DNA of 64,000 bases from Mobula hypostoma. Lineage: Eukaryota. Numbering within the stretch: position 1 is the stretch's first letter; every line of letters starts with the position of its first letter. Position numbers and translations under genes: made by a program. Positions 39,266-52,900 of the stretch are shown here, piece by piece. The notes under the pieces are model-generated. The model made no database searches. It worked only from the letters and a program-made list of their open reading frames with translations, and was not told the origin of the DNA. The DNA is taken from the NCBI RefSeq assembly GCF_963921235.1, contig NC_086097.1:105216001-105280000 (forward strand), written 5' to 3'.

Positions 39266-40851
39266 AAATTTTTAAAAAAGAAATACTAATTGCTCTTGAG
39301 AAGGCTGCCTTCTTGAACCACTGCAGTCTTTGAAGTGTGGGTATACTCACAACACTGTTAAAGAGGGAGTTTCACAATTAACTCAGTGATGATGAAGGAA
39401 CCTTTGGGAACAAGTCAAGGGTAACAAACAGTCGGCTGGAGGAACTGAGTGGGTCAGCTGAGTCTGTGATGTGGGGAGAAGGAATTGCTCACAAAATCCT
39501 GTATCAGGACAAATTTACAGGGACTTCATCCTTACTCAAGTCCAAGTAGGATCACAATCAGGACGGTAAAATAAGCCAAAGTTAGAGATCACCCAGTTGC
39601 AAAAGACACCTCAGGAAGCCGCCAATGGAGGTTTTCCAGACAGCTCTCAAAGGATGGATCAGGGCAATCAAACAACACAGGCAAACTGCAGGAGGAACTC
39701 AACAGGCCAGGCAGCATCTATGGAAAAGAGTAAACAGTTGACATTTCCGGCCAAGACCCTTCATCAGAAAAGGAAAAAAAGACGAGAAGTTAGAGCAAGA
39801 ATGTGGGTGGGGAGGAGAGGAAGAAGTGCAAGGTGGTAGATGACAGGTGAAACAAGAAGAGGGAGAGGGGTGAAGTAAAGAGCTGGGAAGCAAACAGATG
39901 GAAGAGGTTAAGGGTTTGGAAAGGGGGAATCTGATAGGAGAGGATACATGGAAGAAAGGGAAGAGGGAAGACCACCAGGAGGAAGGTGATGGGCAAGTAA
40001 GGAGATAAGGTGAGAGGGGAAAATGGGAATAGGCATGGGGGGGGCAACTACTGGAAGGTTGAGAAATCAAAATCGATGTTCATACCGTCAGGTTGGAGGC
40101 TGCCGGATGGAATATAAGGTGTTGCTCCTCCAACCTGAGTGTGGTCTCATTGTGACAGTAGAGGAGGCCATAGTTTGACATATCGGAATGGGAATGGGAA
40201 GTAGAATTGAAGCGGTGGCCACTGGGAGACCCCGTTTTTTCTGGTAGAATCTGTTCAGCGAAGTGGTCTCTCAATCTACGTATGGTCTCACCGAAATACA
40301 GAAGGTCACACTGGGAGTACCAGATACAGTAGATAACCCCAGACTCACAGGTGAAGTGTCACTTCAGCTGAAAGGACTGTTTGGGGCCCTGAACGGTAGT
40401 GAGGGAAGTGGTGTTGGGGCAGGTGTAGCACTTGTTCCAATTGTGAGGGCAAGTGCCAGGAGGGAGATCAGTGGGGAGGGACGAATATACAATGAAGTCG
40501 AGTAGAGAGCGCTCCATGCAGAAAGTGGAAAGGAGGGAACGATGTGCTTGGTGGTGGGATCCTGTTGGAGAAGCCAGAAGTTATGTGGAATTATGTGCTG
40601 GACGCAGGGGCTACTGGGGTGGTAGGTGAGGACAAGAGGAATCCTATCCCTGGTGGGGTAGCAGAGAGATGGGGTGAAGGCAGATGTGTATGAAAAGGTA
40701 AAGGCAGCGTTGATGTTGGAGGAAGGAAAGCCCCCTTTTTTAGAAGGGGCTTTATTTCTGTTATTTCTGGAATAATCACGTTATTTCTGGAATGAAAAAC
40801 CTCATCTTAAAAGCAGATGCGGTGAAGACGGAGGAATTGAAAGGAGGGTAT

Positions 40852-43225
40852 GGCATTTTCAAAGGCAGGTCATGTCTTACAAGCCTGATTGAACTTTTTG
40901 AGAACATGACTAAACATATTGATGAAGGTACTTTATTACTTTATTGTCGCCAAACAATTGATACTAGAACGTACAATCATCGCAGCGATATTTGATTCTG
41001 CGCTTCCTGCTCCCTGGAGTACAAATCGATAGTAAATATTAAAAATTTAAATTAAAAATCCTAAATAGAAAATGGAAAGTAAGGTAGTGCAAAAAAACCA
41101 AGAGGCAGGTCCGGATATTTGGAGGGTACGGCCCAGATCAGGGTCAGGATACGTTCAGCAGTTTTATCAGAGTTGGAAAGAAGCTGTTCCCAAATCTGGC
41201 CGTACAAGTCTTCAAGCTCCTGAGCCTTCTCCCGGACGGAAGAGGGACGAAAAGTGTTTTGGCTGGGTGGGTCGTGTCCCTGATTATCCTGGCAGCACTG
41301 CTCCGACGGCGTGCGGTGTAAAGTGAGTCCAAGGACAGAAGATAGGTTTGTGTGATGTGCTGGGCTGTGTTCACGATCTTCTGCAGCTTCTTCTGGTCAG
41401 GACAACTTCCGTACCAGGTTGTGATGCACCCTAGAAGAATGCTTTCTACGGTGCATCTAAAAAAATTAGTGAGGCTATTAGGGGACAGGCCAAATTTCTT
41501 TAGCTTTCTCAGGAAGTAAAGGCGCTGGTGGGCCTTCTTGGCAGTGGACTCTGCTTGGTTGGACCAAGTCAGGTCATTTGTGATACTGACCCCGAGGAAC
41601 TTAAAGCTTTTGACCTGTTCCACTTGCGCACCACCGATGTAAATGGGGTTGTGCAGTCCACTACTCCTTCTGACGTCAACAACCAATTCCTTCGTCTTGC
41701 TGACGTTGAGGGATAGGTTATTGTCTTCGCACCATGCCATCAGGTTCTTAATTTCCTCTCTGTACTCAAACTCATCATTACCTGAGATACTGTCTATAAT
41801 TGTGGTGTCATCAGCAAACTTATATATTGAGTTTGATGGAAACTTGGTTACACAATCATGGGTGTACAGTGTGTACAGCAGGGGGCTGAGTACACAGCCT
41901 TGTGGGGCACCGGTGCTCAGAGTGATTGTAGAGGAGAGCTTGTCCCCTATTTTTACAGCCTGGGTCCATTCTGTGAGGAAGTTGAAGATCCAGCTGCAGA
42001 TCTGAGTCCAGGTTCCGGAGCTTAGGAATCAAGTTTATTTGGAATGATTGTATTAAAGGCAGAGCTGTAGTCAATGAAAAGGACCCTTACATATGCACCT
42101 TTATTCTCCAGGTGTTCTAAGGAGGTAGAGCAGTAGATGTAGTGTACATGGATTTCAGCAAGGCATTTGATAAGGTACCCCATGCAAGGCTTATTGAGAA
42201 AATAAGGAGGCTTGGGATCCAAAGGGACATTGCTTTGTGGATCCAGAACTGGCCTGCCCACAGAAGGCAAAGAGTGGTTGTAGATGGGTCATATTCTGCA
42301 TGGAGGTTGGTAACCAGTGGCGTGCTTCAGGGATCTGTTCTGGGACTCCTACTCTTCGTGATTTTTGTAAATGACCTGGATGAGGAAGTGGAGGGATGGG
42401 TTAGTAAATTTGCTGATGACATAAAGGTTGGGGGTGTTGTGAATAGTGTGGAGGGCTGTCAGAGGTTACAGCGGCACATTGATAGGATGCAAAACTGGGC
42501 TGAGAAGTGGCAGATGGAGTTCAACCCAGGTAAGTGTGAGGTGGCTCATTTTGGTAGGTCAAATATGATGGCAGAATATAGCATTAATAGTAAGGCTCTT
42601 GGCAGTGTGGAGGATCAGAGGGATCTTGGGTTCTGAGTCCATAAGACACTCAAAGCTGCTACTCAGGTCAACTCAGACCCCACTTGGAGTACTGTGCTCA
42701 ATTCTGGTCGCTTCACTACAGGAAGGACGTGGAAACCATAGAAAAGGTGCAGAGGAGATTTACAAGGATGCTGCCTGGATTGGGGAGCATGCCTTATGAA
42801 AACAGGTTGAGTGTACTCAGCCTTTTCTCCTTGGAGCGACGGAGGATGAAAGGTGACCTGATAGAGGTATATAAGATGATGAGAGGCATTGATCGTGTGG
42901 ATAGTCAGAGGCTTTTTCCCAGGGCTGAAATGGCTAGCATGAGAAGGCATAGTTTTAAGGTGCTTGGAAGAAGGTATAGAGGAGATATCAGGGGTAAGTT
43001 GTTGTTTTTTTTTACACAGAGAGTGGTGAGTATGTGGAATGGGCTGCCGGTAGCGGTGGTGGAGGCGGAAACAATAGGGTCTTTTAAGAGACTCCTGGAT
43101 AGGTACATGGAGCTTAGAAAAGTAGAGGGCTATGGATAAGCCTAGGTAGTTCTAGGGTAAGGACATGTTCGACACAGCCTTTGTGGGCTGGAGGGCCTGT
43201 ATTGTGCTGTAGGCTTTCTATGTTT
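40852..43225 (+). mobile_element. CR1 3' half, interrupted at ~40930-42121
   Basis: KGRSCLTSLIE..KHIDEG| resumes as |[26 protein letters not shown] tail. Confidence 0.85.
40930..42121 (-). mobile_element. Rex/Babar LINE 3' part
   Basis: [49 protein letters not shown]; (AATAAAGT)n tail. Confidence 0.85.
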
Positions 43226-44156
43226 TACAAGTGACAGGGTGGAAAGCAGTAAAGTCCAGGTAGCTGTGAGCGGATAAACTGTCTCCACAGATAGAGACAG
43301 AGAGATCGAGAAAGGAGAGGGAGGTGTCGAAAATGGACTAGGTAAATTTGAGGGCCGGGTGGAAGGGCAAAGTTGATGAAGTGGATACAGAAAGCAGCAC
43401 TTATATAGTCATTGATGTAGTGTAGGAAAAGTTGGAGAGTGATACCAGTGTCGGCTTGGAACACAGACTGTTCCACTAGCAAGCAAAAAGGCATGCAATT
43501 GCCCATAGCTACACCTTAAGTTGGAGGAAGTTGGAGGAAGTGGGAGGAGTCGAAGGAAAAATTATTGTTTACTCTTTTCCATACATGCTGCCTGGCCTAC
43601 TGAGGTCCTCCAGCATTTAGTGTGTGTTGCTTGGATTTCCAGCATCAGCAGATTTTCTTGAGGTAAACAAACAATCTGGTTACTTATGTTGATAAGCAGA
43701 GGCACAGAATACGACAGCAAGATGGTTGTAATGAAGCTTCATGGATCATGAGTTTGACCTCAGCTAAGACAACGGACCATTCTGGACATCGGTAAGATGC
43801 CAAAGCCTCAGGAAAGGGCCAGCGCTAACCACCAGGAAGCTGCCAGTAAGAGAAAAAAATGGAAATGTAAAAATTATAACAAAAATATACTAATTGAAAC
43901 TGTCAAATGGAAGGCTTTCATGGAGTAGACAGAAGAAAACTATCCCACTGGTAAATGAGTAAATTAGCTGAGGACATCAGTGTAAAAGGGTGTAGAATGG
44001 GGGTATACAACCAGCATAGGCAGAGGGCCAAATGGCCTCCTTCTATGTTTGTATCATTATTCTGTGCTTACAGACAGAAATCCTCTGCTCAAGACACTTA
44101 GTTTTCCCCCACACAGTGTATTACAGAAGCAACAGTCTGCAACATTAAGTATTTAC

Positions 44157-44218
44157 CTTCCTTTGAGATTCTCCAGTTCCCTGTGGTGCAGCATACTCCT
44201 CATGTGTTCACCCATCTC
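44157..44218 (-). CDS. ZNF106: ZNF106 coding exon 2 (62 nt, EMGEHMRSMLHHRELENLKG[R]); completes the first C2H2 finger
   Basis: Found by reading the reverse strand: ttgtag|GAGATGGGT...AAAGGAAG|gtaaat. Phase 0 in, phase 2 out, fitting both neighbouring exons. Confidence 0.92.
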
Positions 44219-45577
44219 CTACAATAAACACACAAGGGCAATTGTTATATTTTTGCTTGTTTTTAATTATGGACAGAATCGCTTTTGGAAGAAGAAATGT
44301 TTATGGACAGGATAGGAACAAAAATCTGACCCTAATTGATTTGACATTGACTCCTGGTCAAGTAGTTAACATCTCAACTGGGAATCACTACATTTAGCTC
44401 AACTACAGCGAGGAAAAAAAGTAGCCTGTTCACTATCCTGTAACTATCTCTGGAATACTGTAGTTCTGATAACCCATGAAAAACACAAACTCTCCAGAAA
44501 CTCCCATAAAAGCAACCCACAGCACTGGGAAAGCACCTTGACAGACCACGGCTGCTGAAGGATGCAGTTCACCACTCCGTTCTCAAGGCCAGTGAGCAAT
44601 GGACTGTAAACACTAGCCTTTCCAGCAATATCCAGACCTTGGAAATGAGCGAGGTTGTTATTCAGCTGGCACGCAAATGCTATACTGACAGATAAAGAAT
44701 GGAAACTCATCAATGCTAGGTCCAGCAATTCTACACTCAGAGATAAAGAACAGAACCTCACCAATGCTAGCTCTAGCAGTTTGGGAAAAGAGTGACAGGA
44801 GAAACTGTAAGATTGGAGTTCTCACGCTCAGGAAATAACCGGCCTTCTAGGTGTCATAATTTCAAATTGCTGAAGTGCACGTTAGAAAGTTCACAATTTT
44901 GGCACATCTGCTTTAAGACAATCCAACTGAAAGCAGTGGTTTCTGGCTGAAGGCTGAGGATTTCCAAATTTAAAGCCTGATACCACATCAGAAGGTAACT
45001 GAACACAACCTTATCTTAACAATTGTTAGTGTTTCCTGAGGTATGGTAAGGATTAGGGCCTGTATTTGGGATCAGGGCCTTAGATGGATTAGTCTGAGAG
45101 AAAGATTTTATTTCAATTTTAAGGTAAGTTTGTTGTTTATTAATTTAGGCTAGATCCTTGTTGTAATTATTTTGATGTCATTTGTCTCCTACACTTCACT
45201 GCATAATAGTCCCCTCACATAGCTTGAGAGGCCCAAGTACCTCTATTTTCTTCACATCACATACAACAAAAGACAGCTTTGTGGCCATTATGTAAATCAA
45301 CTCCAATGCCTAAATGTGTTGGGAATCCAACTAATCCATGAGGTGGTTTGATGACTTCATCTAACTTGAATCTAGTGCTTCTGCTTTGTAGTTCAGCATT
45401 CAAGTCCTAATAAAGCACTCCAGCGTTGGTTATACATGTTGAGTTGAGTCATCTCTTTAGTTATTTATTGAAAACACATCATATTTTTTTCCTTTAGTAT
45501 GCTATCCTTCATATTTGATCAGCATTAAACTCCATTTGCCACTGTCCCATTCACTTGGGTACTCAGAGACTTCTGTC

Positions 45578-45690
45578 ACAACACGCTGGAGGAACTCAGC
45601 AGGTCGGGCAGCATCCGTGGAAACGATAAGTCGACGTTTCGGGCCGGAACCCTTCATCAGGACACACGATCCCAGCATCTGCAGATTATT
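45578..45690 (-). mobile_element. Penelope pLTR fragment with intact hammerhead core (45630-45663)
   Basis: Minus strand GTC-CTGATGA-A-GGGT-TCCG-GCCC-GAAAC-GTC-GAC. Confidence 0.7.
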
Positions 45691-45904
45691 TTGTGTTCAG
45701 AGACTTCTGTGCTGCATCTTCGTTCCATGCATCTCCAAGTTGTGCACATTTCACAAACGTGAAAATACAAACTTACATCACCAAACTATACAAAAGTCAG
45801 AATTACTTTTCACACTTGCAAGCACACCCCCCACCACAAAAAGGCACCCCAATTTGGCTGGACTTCTTCCTCAATCACTATGAACAATTAAATTAGGGCC
45901 CTGG

Positions 45905-46530
45905 GGGTGGGGAGCACTGCAGAACAGAGGGACAGAGTTCCCTAAAAGTGGCATCACAAATAGACAGGATGGTGAAGAAAGTTTTTGGTACCCGACCCTT
46001 CATTAGAAATGACACGGTATAGAAGCTGGGATGTTACGCCGCAGATGTACAAGATGTTGGTTAGGCCACTCTTGGAATATTGCATTCAGTTTTGCTCACC
46101 CTACTACAAGTAAAAATGCAATTAAGCTGGAAGATTTGCAAGGATGTTGCTGTGAACATCCTGGAACCTTTCTGGAGCAGAGAAAAATGAAGGGCGGCCT
46201 TGTAGATGTGTATAAATCATGAGGGTTATAAATAGGGTGAACGTGCACAGTCTTGTTCCAGGTTCAGGAATCAAGAACTCTTGGACATCAGTTTAAGGTG
46301 AGAGGGGAGATTAACAGAAACCTGAAGGGCAACATTTTCATCCAGAGCATGGTCAGTACGCACATGGAATGAGCTGCCAGAGAAAGTGATTGAGGCAGGT
46401 AAAAGTCTCTGAAACAAGTACATGGATAGGAACAATTCAGGGATATGGGCTAAAGGAAGGCATATGGGATCAACTCAAACAGAAATCATGGTCAGCATGG
46501 ACCTGTTGGGCCTTAGGGCCTATTTCCGTG
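45905..46530 (+). mobile_element. Old CR1 3' remnant
   Basis: Degenerate LVRPLLEYCIQF and GHQFKVRG motifs plus CR1 3' UTR. Confidence 0.65.
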
Positions 46531-46644
46531 ACTTTTAATCACCAGATATAACTTTTTTATCCACAGAAAAAATATCCCAGAGCTGGATGGAAACAATAAT
46601 AGATCTTTAGAAAGAGAGTTGTGAAGAGACTGTTTGAAAATTAC

Positions 46645-46698
46645 CCTTTTGGAACTGTAAATGATGTTACACAAAATGCATTTCCTCTCTCTTCCCAT
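46645..46698 (-). CDS. ZNF106: ZNF106 first coding exon (54 nt coding, MGRERKCILCNIIYSSKR); exon extends to 46729 as 5' UTR
   Basis: Matches the recalled N-terminus of the long ZNF106 isoform (MVRERKCILCHIVYSSKK). Acceptor ttcattcctag before 46729; donor AGG|gtaa at 46645, phase 0. Confidence 0.9.
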
Positions 46699-47074
46699 GA
46701 TGGAGGACTGAACAGCTGTTCATCTACACCTAGGAATGAAAAAACAAACTGTGAAGTTGCAGGTTAAGAGCCTTGCATGAACAATGTGACCTGCACCAAC
46801 TCAAATTCTTTTTTAAAACAGGATCCACCAAAATTTTCATTCATATGCCTTAATAAAGTTGATTAAATGATTTAATCAGAGAAAAACATAAAAACCTCTA
46901 GAACACATTAAGAGATCTGCAAATTAATAATCCTCTATAAATACTGTTCTCACTTCCTTTTCCCTTGAGAAATAATATTTACTTGGCATCCTCTGTCAAT
47001 TCTCTGATCATTTTCAACATCCTCTCAAAACCAGGCTTCAATTTCAATCCCACAAAACTTTCTGGAGAAAATCA

Positions 47075-47865
47075 AATCCAGAATCAATGTTGATATCACT
47101 AGCATACATTATGAAATTTGTGGCTGTGCAGCATCAGTAAACTGCAATGCATAATGATTAAAAAAACTATAAACGGCAATTTAAAAAATACATGAGCATA
47201 AAACAAGAGCAAAAATAAATGTATGTGGTTTCACTATCCATTTAGAAATATGATAGCAGAGAGGAAGAGCTGGTCCTAAAATGTTGAGTGTGTGCCTTCA
47301 GTCTCCTCATTGGAGATGAGAGCATGTCCCAGGTGATGGATGCCACCTTTCTGAGGCATCATATTTTGAAGATGGGGAGACTGGTGCCCACGATGGAGCT
47401 GACTGAGTTTATAACATTCTGCAGTATTCTCCGACCCTGTGCAGTGGCCCCTCCATACCAGAGGGTGATGCAATCAGCTAGTATGCTCTTCACCCTACAC
47501 CTGTAAAAATTTGCAAGTGGTGACATATCATGTCTCCTCAAACTCTTAATGAGATACAGCCACTGCCATTTCCTTCTTTGTAACTTCATCGATATGTTGG
47601 GCCCAGGATGGATCTTCAAAGATATTGACACCCAGGAACTTGAAACTGCTCAGCCTTTCCACTGCTGATCCCGCGATGAGGACCAGTGTGTGTTCCTGCA
47701 ACCTCTCCCTTTTCAACTCCACAATCTTGATCTTACTGATGCTGAGTGCAAGGGTTGTTGTGACACCACTCAATCAGCTGATCTATCTCACTACTGTATC
47801 TCATCACCATCTGAAATTCTGCCAACAGTAGTTGTGTTATCAGCTAATTTATAAATGACTTTTGA
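47075..47865 (-). mobile_element. Rex/Babar LINE 3' remnant
   Basis: VERLSSFKFLGVNI and LANFYRCRVKSILADCITLWYG. Confidence 0.7.
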
Positions 47866-48399
47866 AATGACGTCAGTGAACAACAATTCCTCGGGTGACT
47901 TTTTCCAGACAGCAAATCTCTTTAATTATTTCACTTTCTCTACGTCTCCTGCTTGTTCTTTTTGTTTTCACAGTGTTACGGAAACTGTTGAAGCCTGTGA
48001 TGTGCAGTTTGGAATTAGATTGAATGATTAGTGCTCTGCTGAGTCCGGAGAACTGCCTCATGGAGAAGACCAGAGACAGGGATCTAAAGAAGACACATTA
48101 GATCAGAGACAGAGCATGGAGTCATGAATGACTCCATTTAAAAGCACCAAAGAAGATTCACCATTGAGGTTAATATACAGGTCCACGGGGTCGGTAGCCG
48201 GGTCAGAGGCATTTGCGTTCGGTCCCAGCCTGACCACTAATCTTCACACGACTAAGTTCGTGCGGCCATTCTCTTTAAAAGTTGACGGAAGGATATTTTC
48301 GATATTCTGAGATTTACGTGATTATTAGACTGTATTTTATATTGGGCTTCTTCAGTTTTCATTGTTTTCTTTCTTTTTGCTGATTGGCAGTGGAGAATA

Positions 48400-49065
48400 T
48401 GTTGGGGATTTGGAGTCTGATGTTTGTTGGTGTTTTTCTGTGTGGGTGAACATGTTGTGTTTTGTGAGAGGAAGGTTGGGGGTTTGGAGTCTGATGTTGA
48501 TGTTTGTTGGTGTTTTTCTGTGTTGGTGAGTCTGTTTTGTTTTGTGTGAGCGAGGGGTTGGAGATTTGGGGTCTGATGTTTGTGGGTGTTTTTCTGTATG
48601 GGTGAAATCTATTATGTTTTGTGAAAGAAGGGTTGGGGGTTTGGGGTCTGATGAGGGTGTTTGTTAGTGTTTTTCTGTGTGGATGAATCTGTTCCGTTTT
48701 GTGAGAGAGGGGTTGGGGTTTGGGGTTTGATGTTGGTGTTTGATGGTGTTTATATGTGCTGGTGAACCTGTTATGTTTTGTGAGAGAGGGAATGGGGTTT
48801 GGGGTCTAATGAGGGTGTTTGTTAGTGTTTTTCTGTGTTGTTGTGTCTGTTATGCTTTCTGAGAGTACGGTTGGGGGTTTGGGGTCTGATGTTTGCTGGT
48901 GTTTGACGGTGTTTTTCTGTGTGGGTGAGTCTGGTATGTTTTGTGAGAGAGGGGTTGGGGGTTTGGGGTATGATGTTGGTGTTTGCCGGTGTTTTTCTGT
49001 GTGGATGAATCTGTTATGTTTTGTGAGAGAGGGGTTGGGGGTTTTGGGTCTGATGTTGGTGTTCA
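48400..49065. repeat. ~78-83 bp GT-rich minisatellite, about 8 copies
   Basis: Unit approx. gtttttctgtgtgggtgaatctgttatgttttgtgagagaggggttgggggtttggggtctgatgttggtgtttgttggt. Confidence 0.85.
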
Positions 49066-49229
49066 ATATGCAAGGAGATTGGGAAAATCAGGTTTGTGTC
49101 GGATCTCAAGAGAGGGAATTAGTTGAATACCTACGAGACTGGTTTTTAGAGCAGCTTGTGCTTGAGCCAACTCGAGGGAAGGCTACCTTAGATTGGGTGT
49201 TCTGTAATAACCCAGATCTTATTAGGGAT

Positions 49230-49457
49230 GTGTTGGGCACATGGCCAAGTGGTTAAGGTGTTCGTCTAGTTATCTCAAGGTCGCTAGTTCAAGCCTCAAC
49301 TGTGGCAGTGTGTTTGTGCCCTTGAGCAAGGCACTTAATCACACATTGCTCTAGTCTGTGCGAGGAGTGGCGCCCCACATAGACTTCCAATCTGCGCCTT
49401 GTAAGGCATGAGAATGCCCGACGCAGACCTCTCATGGTCTGAGTCGACGTTCCCTCC
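49230..49457 (+). mobile_element. tRNA-derived SINE
   Basis: A box TGGCCAAGTGG, B box GTTCAAGCC; approximate TSD cttatta(g/a)gga on both sides. Confidence 0.7.
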
Positions 49458-49958
49458 CTTATTAAGGAGCTTAAAGTAAAGGAATCCTTAGGAGACAGTG
49501 ATCAGAATATGACTGAAATCATACAGCAATTTGAGAGGGAGAAGCACAAATCACATGGATCAGTGTCGCAATGTTATAAAGGGAATTACAGAGACATGAG
49601 AGAGGAGCTTCCCAGCTGGATTGTAGGGGATACTGGCGGGGCTGATCACACAATAAAGGGGGCTGAAGGTTCTGGGAATAGTTCACAAGGTTCAGGATAG
49701 ATATGTCCCACAGGAGAAGTTCTCAAATGGCAGGGCTAGGCAACCATGGCTGACAAGGGAAGGTAAGGATTGCAAAAAAGCCAAGGAAAGGGCATATAAG
49801 GTAGCAAAAATAAATGGGAATTTGGATGATTGGAAAATTTTTAAGATCCAACAAAAGGCAACTAAAAAAGCTATAAGAAGGGAAAAGATGAAATATGAGG
49901 GCAAACTCGCCAACAATATAAAGCAGGATACTAGAAGTTGTTTCAGTTATATAAGGAA

Positions 49959-52900
49959 CTAGACAACGGGGTGACCCATTAGGGCATCCTTTGAGAGAAG
50001 GGTAGTGCAGTCTGATGTGACCAGAATGAACATTAAATTTTCCTGAATGCTATTGGTATTGCTTTGCTTTGGAAACTGAAGTAGAAAACCTCAGTTTGTT
50101 AAAGAAGAACAATGCATAGCAAAGCAAATATAGCTCCTCCTCATTTAACGAAGGACACTTTTGATGGCATCATTTCTAGTTTATCTGCCACCCTTGTGCC
50201 TCTCATTGTCATTCTGCAGATGCGCAGACCTTTCATCCCCCGTCTCTTCATCAGTTTCTTTGTCGCTGATCCTGGAGACGTGCATTTCTCAGCTCCTTTG
50301 TCTCTTCCTCTCTCCTCCTTCTGTGCCTGTTATTGTCATTCTGGAGACGTGCAGCCTTTTCATCCCCTGTCTCTTCAGCTCTTCTGCTGTTTGTTGTTTG
50401 TCTCTGATCCTGGAGACGTGCATGCCCCTCCTCCTCTGTCTTTTCTTCTCTCATCTTTTTTTGTCCTGACTCTTTGATCCTGGAGTCGTGCGGCCCTAGC
50501 CTCATCCGATTCTTGTTCTCTCCCTCTCCTTGCCGCTTCCCGACGACATTTGGCATCACCTCTTGATCATAATGTCCCCCTTCCCTTTCCACACGGCATG
50601 ATTAGGCTGACCATTTTTTTTTACCCTAATGCTGGATAGAAGATATGAAGCACTAACACCAAAGGACGCTGATTATTCTTGATGATGTGGTTGGTGCTCT
50701 CCGAAATGGACGTGATATAGTCACCGCTGTCCTTTGACTGCAGCAAAGGGTTGATGGGTGTCTCGAAGTACGTCATTACAATAAGATTTAATTATCTCTT
50801 ATTGATGGGTGGCAGTTAGATCTGTCCCAATCCTGCACATGCTGATGGTGATTAGTAGTATGTGACCCCTCGAAATAGAGCTGCCCTGCCCTTTTGCTCT
50901 GGTAGGTGTTGCCGCTGAGGCTGGCCGTGTGCATGCTCCAGGCTGTCATGTCCCGATTTCCATGATGGCCGATTGGGTCACGGGTGACAATAGACAATAA
51001 GTGCAGGAGTAGGCCATTTGGCCCTTTAAGTCAGCACCGCCATTCACTTTGATCATGGCTGATCATCCACAATCAGTACCCGTTCCTGCCTTCTCCCCAT
51101 ATCCCTTGACTCCGCTATCATTAAGAGCTCTATCTAACTCTTTCTTGAAAGCATCCAGAGAATTGGCTTCCACTACCTTCTGAGGCAGAGCATTCCAGAG
51201 ATCCGCAACTCTCAGGTGAAAAAGTTTTTCCTCAACTCCGTTCTAAATGGCCTACCGCTTATTCTCAAATTGTGGCCTCTGGTTCTGGACTCCCCCAACA
51301 TCGGGAACATGTTTCCTGCTTCTAGCGTGTCCAATCCCTTAATAATCTTATATGTTTCAATCAGATTCCCTCTCATCCTTCGAAATTCCAGTGTATACAA
51401 GCCCAGTCGCTCTAATCTTTCAACATATGACAGTCGCGCCATCCCAGGAATTAACCTCGTGAACCTCCGCTGTACTCCCTCAATAGCAAGAATGTCCTTC
51501 CTCAAATTTGGAGACCAAAACTGTATGCAATACTCCAGGTGTGGTCTCACCGGGGCCCTGTACAACTGCAGAAGGACCTCTTTGCTCGTATACTCAACTC
51601 CCCTTGTTATGAAGGCCAACATGTCATTAGTTTTCTTCACTGCCTGCTTAGTTTCAGTAACTGATGAACAAGGACACCAAGATCTTGTTGTACTTCCCCT
51701 TTTCCTAACTTGACACCATTCAAATAGTAATCTGCCTTCCTGTTCTTGCCACCAAAGCGGATAACCTCACATTTATCCACATTAAACTGTATCTGTCCAC
51801 TCACCCAACCTGTCCAAGTCATCCTGCATTATCTCAACATCCTCCACACATTTCACACTGCCACCCAGCTTTGTGTCATCTGCAAATTTACTAATGTTAC
51901 TTTAATGTATATCGTAAATAGCTGCGGTCCCAGCCCGAGCCCTGCGGTACCCCACTAGTCACCACCTGCCATTCTGAAAGGGACCCGTTAACCCCTACTC
52001 TGTTTCCTGTCTGCCAACCAATTTACAATCAACGTCAGTACCCTACCCCCAATACCATGTGCTCTAATTTTGCCCACTAATCTCCTATGTGGGACCTTAT
52101 CAAAGGCTTTCTGAAAGTTCAGGTACACTACATCCACTGGCTCTCCCTTGTCCATTTTTATAGTTACATCCTCAAAAAATTCCAGAAGGTTAGTCAAGCA
52201 TGATTTCCCCTTCGTAAATCCATGCTGACTCGGACCAATCCTGTTACTGCTTTCCAAATGTGCCACTATTTCATCCTTTATAATTGACTCCAGCATCTTC
52301 CCCATCACTGATGTCAGGCTAACCAGTCTATAATTCCCTGTCTTCTCCCTCCCTCGCTTCTTAAAAAGTGGGATAACATTATCTACCCTCCAGTCCTCAG
52401 GAACTGATCCTGAATCATTGGAAAATAATTACCAATGCGTCCACGATTTCTAGAACCACCTCCTTAAGTACTCTGGGGCTATCAGGCCCTGGGGATTTAT
52501 CAGCCTTCAGTCCCATCAGTCTATCCAACACCATTTTCTGCCTAATGTGAATCTCTTTCAGTTCCTCCGTTGCCCTAGTTCCTCCAGCCACTATTACACC
52601 TGGGAGATTGTTTGTATCTTCCCTAGTGAAGACAGATCTAAAGTACCTGTTCAACTTGTCCGCCATTTCCTTGTTCCCCATAATAAATTCACCCGTTTCT
52701 GTCTTCAAGGGCCCAACTTTGGTCTTAACTAATTTTTTCCTCTTCACCTACCTAAAGAAGATTTTACTATCCTCCTTTATATTCTTGGCTAGCTTGCCTT
52801 CGTATCTCATCTTTTCTCCCCGTACTGCCTTTTTAGTTATCCTCTGTTGCTCTTTAAAAGTTTCCCAATGCTCTGGCTTTCTGCTCATCTCTACTATGTT

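Larger units (their letters stand above)
39670..43660 (-). mobile_element. Penelope-like element (39670-40855 and 43226-43565, inverted pLTR to 43660) split by CR1 and Rex/Babar insertions
   Basis: GIY-YIG tail HRFNSTSHSHSDMS and RT QLFLHYINDYIS lie on either side of the nested inserts. Confidence 0.75.

Noticed and set aside
48400..49065. CRISPR-like array
   Set aside because: Whole units repeat with no unique spacers, there are no cas genes, and the context is eukaryotic.
49235..49310. tRNA gene
   Set aside because: A and B boxes are present but I see no convincing cloverleaf, and it continues into a SINE body with a TSD.
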